Source of the DNA: Candidatus Gottesmanbacteria bacterium GW2011_GWA2_43_14
GTDB lineage: Bacteria; Patescibacteriota; Microgenomatia; 2-02-FULL-39-11
NCBI GenBank assembly: GCA_000999095.1
Contig: LCFP01000004.1
Coordinates: 13,429 to 77,428 of the forward strand
Direction of reading: 5' to 3'
Length of the DNA stretch: 64,000 nucleotides
Shown: positions 57,155 to 64,000 of the stretch, one piece after another
Layout: every line of letters begins with the position of its first letter
Numbering within the stretch: the first letter of the stretch is position 1
Notes under the pieces: model-generated
Database searches by the model: none
Told to the model about the DNA's origin: nothing
What the model saw: the letters and a program-made list of their open reading frames with translations, nothing else
Made by a program: the position numbers and the translations under genes

Positions 57155-58384
57155 ATGCCTGATCCAGAATCATTTAACGGTAAATTAAATAAACTCCTTC
57201 CGCTTCTTAATCAAAACGATCTTCTGAAAGCAGCACGTCTCTTTAAAATTGACCTGATTGCCGCTTTGTCAAATCAACAATCTTCGCTGCCGACTATACT
57301 AAATCCCGTCAATAAAATTTATCCCCGTAAGGGATCAGGTATCGCTATCTCCGTAGGGGGTACTTACGGTTATGTTTCTTATTTCAATATCACCCAGAAG
57401 GGCATAATCAGATTTTTTAACAGAAAAAAATTCGATATCCCGTTAATGCTGACAAAAAAAGAATTGTTTGATTTGTTGGCAAAAGAGCTGTTTTTTGTGG
57501 CAAAAAACAAGACGGAAATAGGACCGGTCGGCATATCCTTTGCCTATGCTTTGCAACCGCTGTTACATCAGGGTGTATTGGACGGGAAACTATTGGAAAT
57601 GTCGAAAGACAGAAATATCAAAGGATTGGTTGGCGAGATGGTCGGTTGGGAATTCCGGCAATTTTTACGGTCAAAATATAATATTAAAACGAAGGTTTCC
57701 GTGGCTAATGATGCTATTTCACTTTTAATTGGCGGTGGAGGGATTGAAGTGGCCGGAGTGATAGGGACCGGTCTCAATTTTGTGTACTGGGAAAAAAGAT
57801 CGGCGATAGCGCCCATGAAGTTAAACTGTCTGTTCGGATTCAGTCAGAATGAGGTTGCCGTTAATATCGAAGCAAGTAATTTTAACAAAATTCCTGCGAC
57901 AACTCTTAGAGAAAAGGTTGATAAAAAGAGTATTGATTCCGGGAGTGCGTTAGCAGAAAAGGAAGTATCGGGAGCCTATTTATACAAAATCTTTAATGCC
58001 GGAAAAGATGAACTGTTGGGTAAAAACTTTCCTACATTAAACTCGACTGATCAATTAGACAGCATCCGGACCGGCTCATATGATTTTTCCGGAGAAAATA
58101 AAAATTCAGCGGGTGATGCTGCCAATTTTGCCGACAGAATTTTCCAGCGTAGCGCCCAAATCGTCGCCATTGAGTTATGCGGAATTTTTTTGAAGCTGAA
58201 AAAATCAAAAGGTTTGATACCCGTGATTATTGACGGCGGTCTATTTTGGAATGTTAAAAATTATCCGGCCCTGGTTAATTTATACGTTAATATGATAATG
58301 CCAGAGGCAATTCCATCTTTCACCAGACTGTTCGGTTCGAGCCGTAGAGGGATAGCAATTCTTGCTGTAAATCAAAACTTCTGA
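57155..58384 (+). CDS. Eukaryote-type hexokinase family protein (divergent)
   Basis: SVGGT, GISFAY, VANDA, IGTGLN, NIEASNF, EKEVSGAYL, RSAQIVA, DGGLF. Confidence 0.72.
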   Translation: MPDPESFNGKLNKLLPLLNQNDLLKAARLFKIDLIAALSNQQSSLPTILNPVNKIYPRKGSGIAISVGGTYGYVSYFNITQKGIIRFFNRKKFDIPLMLTKKELFDLLAKELFFVAKNKTEIGPVGISFAYALQPLLHQGVLDGKLLEMSKDRNIKGLVGEMVGWEFRQFLRSKYNIKTKVSVANDAISLLIGGGGIEVAGVIGTGLNFVYWEKRSAIAPMKLNCLFGFSQNEVAVNIEASNFNKIPATTLREKVDKKSIDSGSALAEKEVSGAYLYKIFNAGKDELLGKNFPTLNSTDQLDSIRTGSYDFSGENKNSAGDAANFADRIFQRSAQIVAIELCGIFLKLKKSKGLIPVIIDGGLFWNVKNYPALVNLYVNMIMPEAIPSFTRLFGSSRRGIAILAVNQNF

Positions 58385-58447
58385 TTTTTGCAATAAGGCC
58401 CTTAGATTCGATTGACGATTAAAACTACTTCCACTTATGATAGATAC

Positions 58448-61400
58448 ATGGCAATAGAACAGGGCCCTTACGGTAACAAGGCCAATTTTGTGGCTAAACT
58501 TATAGAAGCAATAAACAGAGCCCTCAGGGCAAAAAAAAACGATGGACACTTATTGCACGCAGCTTCTGAAGCCAAAAAGAAAATGGAGGAAGAGGAAACG
58601 CTTAAAAAGAGAATTGAAGCAGAAAATAAAAAAAAGGAAGAAGATGCTAATCGTCAGTATCATGAGAGAAGATCAGCACAGACCAGAGTCCAGACTAATG
58701 ACATTGATGAAGCCAGAAGACAAATCCATCAATCCAAAGCCGTTGATATAAAGACCCAAGTTAATACTGTTATTGAACAGCCGGCTCCGGACGAGAGCGA
58801 AATAACCACCGGTTACGAGTCAGCTTCATATTTACTGGTTGCCTATAGGGATGACCTGACTTTACGTCACGGTTTACATAATCTGATTGATTCAAACAGT
58901 AAATTCGCTTTAATTATCGACGAATTAACCCGAAAAGCAAACGATGTCCATATCAAACCAGCAGAACTTTTGAGGTTGGGCAAAGTATTATATTCCATCA
59001 CGCCGTCAGATCAAAAGCATATCATTCAGCCATTGATGTCAGGTCTCAACAGGAGAATTAAAGACTTGATTGATAGAATGTCTGACCGGGCAGTGGAAAA
59101 TGCCATGGAACGGGGAATGCATGTACCGGCGAAAGAAGAATTTACCAAAAGAATCATCAAGGATATCGCCAAGAAAATTGAGGCTTATATTTCGGAAGAG
59201 GAGTCTGAATCTTTAAAAAACATAGATCAGTATGAGGCAGCTGTTGATAGGATATTATCCACAGTCCAACCTCAGGTAGGGGAAACGCATGAGTTTGAGA
59301 ACGAAGTCGAAAAAAATACACTTCCGAGAAAAGCTATTGAAAAAATCGACAATGTCTGGGAAAAAGTCGATATGGCAGACAGGTCCGGCAAGACACTCAC
59401 GGTCGATGAACTTAGGGAGCTGGAAAGGGAAATATATGCAAATGAATCTGCATCTTATCCTACAGATGTCATACCCGGCAGCAAATCGTATTTAACCGAA
59501 GTTAATGCCATACACGGATATACTGAAAAAAGACTGGACAATTTAGCCGAAAGGTTACGGCTCCAGTTACAGCGGGAAAGTCCCGATATAAAAGAGGGCA
59601 TAACTGATCCGAAGGAATTTTTGAAATCTATAGAGCAGCCAGGATACCTCGTCCGTCTTTTAGACAGTAGTCCTGAGATGAAAAAACTATTTTTAAGTAC
59701 CGACGAGAAAGGCTATAAGTTCAGAAATAAAATCTTTTTGAAAATTCACGCGCAAATTTTAACCCAAAAAAGGGAATCCTCAAATGATAATTTCGGGCTT
59801 TATGAAAGGGCTGATTTTACTTCATTTATCAACCTTTTAAGAAGCGGTATGGGAGATATAAAAGTACCTTCATACGGAAAATCCCTAGGTCTGACTTGGG
59901 GGGAATGGTATACCAATTTAAGCAATACGATCAGACATTCCAGAGATATTGATTTCTGGGCATCGCAACCTGCTGCATCTATGGATAACTTCAATAAATC
60001 CCTGGCTATGTTCCAGAACGAATACACTGCACAAGCTTTATCAATTCCTGCGGTAGATCAGGCATACCGGGCTTATGAAACAACTCTTAATATTATCAGG
60101 GACACAAACGACGGTTATATCCCGCCGGCGCTGGTCGAGTTTGATCCTGTTAAAAACACCAATTTTTGGGATGATGAAGCCCAAAATATCCTGACCAAAA
60201 TGATATCCCAGGGGGTAGTCTATGATGCCAAACGGGATTACAGGCGATTTGGCGGTTTGCCGGTTGTATCCGAAGACGGTGCCAGTTTTGAGTTGGGAGA
60301 AAAAATAACGGCTGAGGATGTAGCAGAAGATGAGGAAAACCTGGAACAGCAAATGTATATGACACTAGCTAAAGGATTCGGCATGGCTTCAATGAGATTT
60401 CTCGAAATAATTTCTAATTCCAAAGTACCGGGAAGCAATATTAACGGGGAAGATGTGCCCGGATTTCACAGTAATGTGTATGAAGGTATCACTACCGCTT
60501 TAAACTATTGGAATGTCTTTATGAAAAAATGGAAAGTCCATTCATACAAACATTTTTACTTATTCAATACCGTTTTGCCCATGGATAAAAAGTTACCGGT
60601 GGACGCACGGGGAGCTGAAAAAGCTTACCGAGCCTGGTTGGATGGTACTTTTGAAGATAAGTACGGCAGCGAAGCGAAGAGGATGATTGATACCATGAAT
60701 TTTTCCAGGACACACTCAGCTCTCGGGCCGACTACACCCTGGCGTTTGCTTGATGACACAATAGGTTGGACTGACAAACAGCGGGAATTGATGGGATCTT
60801 CGATCAGAATTCTTTTAGCACACAGGCTGACGGGAGAAAAAGTAAAAGAATTTTTAGTCATTCGGAAATATAAAGAAATGTTCAGGAAGGCCAAAAAAGA
60901 CGCCGGCGAGCCCCATGTAGGTTCAGCCTTTGAAGCACTCTGGCAAAGTGAAGGAACGGCAATTTACGGGACAAATATTGATAGCGAATGGGGAGAGTTG
61001 CAGCATCATCATGCTGCGGAAATTAAAAAACTGTCGGCCAATTTTATAAATATATATAAAGCCAGGATGTGGGTAGAAATGGCAATGAGAAATCCATTGG
61101 CTATTGCCCACAATGCTGAGATCAATGTTCCGGTTGCCGGATACAAAGGTTCGACGAAAAGAAGAAAACTGAACAGCTATATCATTGAAGAAGTCTTAGG
61201 CATAAAACCTGAAGACCTGGATACCGGTACAGTCGTTGACGGAGAAGGAATTTATCAGATAAGTGCAGCTAAATATTCTTCACCAACACTTAAACAGATC
61301 ACTAATACGCAGGAAGTGCTTGATCTTGAGGGAGATTTGATAGCTGTCAGGGAAATAGCTTTAAAGGAAAACAGAGAACTAAAAGCTGCTGATTTTAATA

Positions 61401-62350
61401 TTATCCAAAATGATAAAAGAAAGCAGGATGCCTTAAAATACTGGCAAATTGTCAGGGAGTACACATTAGGCACAGCGGATGAAAATGCCTTTAATGATAT
61501 ATATAACGATTTGGGCATAACTTATCGTCTTGACCCAGCCACCGGTAAAGAGATGGAATACTACGACATTGATTGGCATAAAATTAAAAACGCCGACAAA
61601 TTTTTCGGCCATCTGGATGAGTCATATAAAAGCAAGCCTTTAATTTTAAAGGACGGGCAAGATGTAATTGTCGGAACGCCCATTGCTTTTAATGAAAAGT
61701 GGTTGGATAAAGACTGGGGCTGGATTTTTTCGACAGATGATGCTGCCTTCCGTAAAATGGCCTTTTTAAATCTTGGCGGCAGGCAATGGGTGAGAAGAGG
61801 AGGGGATGTGGCCGCTCATCACGCCGGGGGTTTAGAAGTAGCCAAATATATGGATGTCAATTTAACCCCAAACCCGGAGATTCGTGATTTAGCAGAACAA
61901 TTGATGAAGATCAGACAGGGATATCAATCGGATGATTTGACAGTTGGATGGAGAGTAGTCGGGCAGATTGCCCATCTGACCAGCAAATTGTATGAAATGG
62001 ACTATAAGAAATTAGGGTTATCAAGTGCCCAAAAGGATTTGTGGAAAACCAGAAGAAATGTCGCCTCCTGGAATGCCAATAGAAGAAGGGAATTCTGGGA
62101 TGCTTTGGAGCATATTGATTTACTGCCTCCGCACGATCAATTTGATCATTTTGGCTGGGAAACATTCAAAGATGATCCATACATGAATATCCATAAATTA
62201 AGAAAATTAAATCATGCTGATAACACTGACGTCTGGACGGAAATTATTACTTTAGGACTGATGCTGGCCATTGCCATAACCCTCTGGCGAGCGTTTACCG
62301 CTCCCAGCGAAGAAGAGGGTGCAAGTGGAGGCGGCGGGGGACACCGCTAA
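58448..62350 (+). CDS. Giant orphan protein (~1300 aa) with C-terminal TM anchor (start moved to ATG 58448)
   Basis: Long ORF; TTGACG(58412-17)-18-TATGAT(58436-41)-6-ATG; C-terminal IITLGLMLAIAITLW. Confidence 0.8.
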   Translation: MAIEQGPYGNKANFVAKLIEAINRALRAKKNDGHLLHAASEAKKKMEEEETLKKRIEAENKKKEEDANRQYHERRSAQTRVQTNDIDEARRQIHQSKAVDIKTQVNTVIEQPAPDESEITTGYESASYLLVAYRDDLTLRHGLHNLIDSNSKFALIIDELTRKANDVHIKPAELLRLGKVLYSITPSDQKHIIQPLMSGLNRRIKDLIDRMSDRAVENAMERGMHVPAKEEFTKRIIKDIAKKIEAYISEEESESLKNIDQYEAAVDRILSTVQPQVGETHEFENEVEKNTLPRKAIEKIDNVWEKVDMADRSGKTLTVDELRELEREIYANESASYPTDVIPGSKSYLTEVNAIHGYTEKRLDNLAERLRLQLQRESPDIKEGITDPKEFLKSIEQPGYLVRLLDSSPEMKKLFLSTDEKGYKFRNKIFLKIHAQILTQKRESSNDNFGLYERADFTSFINLLRSGMGDIKVPSYGKSLGLTWGEWYTNLSNTIRHSRDIDFWASQPAASMDNFNKSLAMFQNEYTAQALSIPAVDQAYRAYETTLNIIRDTNDGYIPPALVEFDPVKNTNFWDDEAQNILTKMISQGVVYDAKRDYRRFGGLPVVSEDGASFELGEKITAEDVAEDEENLEQQMYMTLAKGFGMASMRFLEIISNSKVPGSNINGEDVPGFHSNVYEGITTALNYWNVFMKKWKVHSYKHFYLFNTVLPMDKKLPVDARGAEKAYRAWLDGTFEDKYGSEAKRMIDTMNFSRTHSALGPTTPWRLLDDTIGWTDKQRELMGSSIRILLAHRLTGEKVKEFLVIRKYKEMFRKAKKDAGEPHVGSAFEALWQSEGTAIYGTNIDSEWGELQHHHAAEIKKLSANFINIYKARMWVEMAMRNPLAIAHNAEINVPVAGYKGSTKRRKLNSYIIEEVLGIKPEDLDTGTVVDGEGIYQISAAKYSSPTLKQITNTQEVLDLEGDLIAVREIALKENRELKAADFNIIQNDKRKQDALKYWQIVREYTLGTADENAFNDIYNDLGITYRLDPATGKEMEYYDIDWHKIKNADKFFGHLDESYKSKPLILKDGQDVIVGTPIAFNEKWLDKDWGWIFSTDDAAFRKMAFLNLGGRQWVRRGGDVAAHHAGGLEVAKYMDVNLTPNPEIRDLAEQLMKIRQGYQSDDLTVGWRVVGQIAHLTSKLYEMDYKKLGLSSAQKDLWKTRRNVASWNANRRREFWDALEHIDLLPPHDQFDHFGWETFKDDPYMNIHKLRKLNHADNTDVWTEIITLGLMLAIAITLWRAFTAPSEEEGASGGGGGHR

Positions 62351-62355
62351 CCGAA

Positions 62356-63810
62356 TCAACGGTTTTCTTTTTTACCCCCCAGTAAATTGCTTATAATTGG
62401 CATTTGCTTCATATAGTAGAATTGGCTGGCAGCGCCCATCGATGTTTGCGCAGCTCCTGTTAACGGGGCAAAAGCTGTTCCGGCTGATATTGGCAGAATC
62501 GGCTTGGGTTTGAACAATTTCTTGATTTGGGCAATCAAACTTGGTGCCAGAAAAAGAACTCCCAAGCCCAGGAAAGCCGGAAAAGACCCTTTTCCGGGTA
62601 CACCAATTAAAGGCGGTGAAAATAGGTCGCCGGTATCGGTGTTAATAGTTGTCAGAAACTCGGCAAACATGAGAACAGCCACGGTTGTGGGAAAAACAAC
62701 CAAATTGGCAATGACATTCATGATCCAGTCCGAAAAAGCAGTCCGGCCGGGAACCGCTTCCAAAAGCAACTGTATCGGACCAAGAACAATAGAAATTATC
62801 AGTTGGATATAGGAATTTAACAACAGCATAAAGATTCTGATAAAAGTAAAAAGAAGACCTAAGAATACCAACAGTATTCCGAGTAATCCGATTAAACTTA
62901 TACCCAGCGCCACACCACCGAAGCCGAGCAGACCTCCAAGAACTCTTAATGCAATCGTCACTCCGGCACCGCCGACACTGTAGGCGGCAAGATTCTTAAG
63001 CAGAAAATCGTCCAAAGAGCTGAATCCTCCTCCCATGACGTGCTTAAAGAGATCGCCAAAATCCGCTGTCAGGAAATAGGTTTGGATTTCGGCAGCACGG
63101 CTGGCATGACCCATCCCTTCGGACAGGATGCTGATAAGTATGGCCATAGTGACATACATGAAGTCAACCAGGAAACCTACGATGGCATAGGAAAGCGTGA
63201 TTAAAAGAAGCGACAAAACAATCCTGGGCAGAGCTGCCTGGACGCTGATGACGGTTTTCGGATCAATTTTCATCCGGAAAATCACCATAAAGCCGATGGC
63301 GACCATGACGATGATGATGACTGTATAGGCAATATTGCGGGTGACTTTCCAGAGGGGAAGGATAGGAGCCAGTCCGGCAAAGCCGATTCCCTGGGCATAG
63401 ACCGGTTTTGCCAGCAAACCGGCATTCTGCATCAGATCTTGGGCATAATAGATGCCGGAAGCCGGCGGCAGGGCAAACAGGGAGGCTGTCAGGATCGATA
63501 CTCCGTTCAAAGCGGTATTTTTATTGCATTTTTCCGGGTCACGGCGGGTACAGCCTAAATTGCTGGCCAAAGCGTTTAATGTTGCTTCGAACTGAAATTC
63601 GTTTACATGCAGTCCGTCTACACAAGGCTTACCGCTTGCTTCGGCGCATTCATCTGAGGCATCCTTTTGCAGGTGGTAATTTTCCGGATCGGAAAGATCA
63701 TAAACATCATTGGGATTTTGCGCTTGTGAGGATGACGGTAATAAAAGGCTGAAAGCCACCAGCAGAATGCTGATTACCATAAGCCAATATCTTCCGGATA
63801 GGTATTTCAT
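62356..63810 (-). CDS. VirB6/TrbL-like polytopic membrane protein (CPR type)
   Basis: Signal peptide; YAQGIGF..L.PILPLW..RNIAY...GFMVIFR.KIDPKTV.SVQAALP...LITLSYAI.GF..D; GPIQLL. Confidence 0.65.
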   Translation of the reverse strand: MKYLSGRYWLMVISILLVAFSLLLPSSSQAQNPNDVYDLSDPENYHLQKDASDECAEASGKPCVDGLHVNEFQFEATLNALASNLGCTRRDPEKCNKNTALNGVSILTASLFALPPASGIYYAQDLMQNAGLLAKPVYAQGIGFAGLAPILPLWKVTRNIAYTVIIIVMVAIGFMVIFRMKIDPKTVISVQAALPRIVLSLLLITLSYAIVGFLVDFMYVTMAILISILSEGMGHASRAAEIQTYFLTADFGDLFKHVMGGGFSSLDDFLLKNLAAYSVGGAGVTIALRVLGGLLGFGGVALGISLIGLLGILLVFLGLLFTFIRIFMLLLNSYIQLIISIVLGPIQLLLEAVPGRTAFSDWIMNVIANLVVFPTTVAVLMFAEFLTTINTDTGDLFSPPLIGVPGKGSFPAFLGLGVLFLAPSLIAQIKKLFKPKPILPISAGTAFAPLTGAAQTSMGAASQFYYMKQMPIISNLLGGKKENR

Positions 63811-63844
63811 CTATTTCTATTATTGGTTAGAGGCAACGAGAGTG

Positions 63845-64000
63845 TCAAGGCGCTTGGGGTATTTCAAAAACCGTAATGGTCACACCGGTATAGACTTCGA
63901 TAAGGCGGAATATCAGAAAGGCAATCACCATCAGGAAAAGACCGGCAACAGCATAAGTCATTGTTTGTTTGGCCGAAGCAGTAGCTTTGGGATCACCGCC
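63845..64000 (-). CDS. VirB2/TrbC-like pilin, C-terminal part (runs off the window)
   Basis: Hand translation GGDPKATASAKQTMTYAVAGLFLMVIAFLIFRLIEVYTGVTITVFEIPQAP*. Confidence 0.8.
   Translation of the reverse strand, partial: GGDPKATASAKQTMTYAVAGLFLMVIAFLIFRLIEVYTGVTITVFEIPQAP

Overview
Gene-dense chromosomal segment spanning the replication origin (dnaN-oriC-dnaA-rpmH-rnpA-yidD-yidC-jag). It looks like a Patescibacteria/CPR genome, most likely Microgenomates; this is inferred from the VirB2-like pilins, PrgI/VirB4-like genes, DUF4012, mevalonate operon, form III-type RuBisCO and scarcity of Shine-Dalgarno sites. From left to right it holds: (1) a synthase-type polysaccharide locus (UDP-HexNAc dehydrogenase, UXS-like decarboxylase, processive GT2, facing GH18/WbqC/PIG-L); (2) a hybrid archaeal/bacterial mevalonate-uppS operon headed by an ECF sigma factor; (3) four tandem pilins; (4) envelope genes and very large orphan proteins; (5) a remodelled Clp ATPase with a four-repeat hemopexin-like insert, Zn ribbon and an internal deletion/frameshift, divergent from a PrgI-VirB4 operon; (6) oriC with DnaA boxes and DnaA-trio-like repeats; (7) an operon of a small CxxC protein, nadD, nadE and a catalytically intact RuBisCO, beside a sugar-phosphate island (IMPase/FBPase, HAD, ROK, tandem SIS, LacD-type aldolase, PfkB, hexokinase); (8) a 1300-aa orphan, a VirB6-like protein and another pilin. 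No rRNA, tRNA, CRISPR array or transposase was recognised. All calls come from reading motifs by eye, with no database searches.
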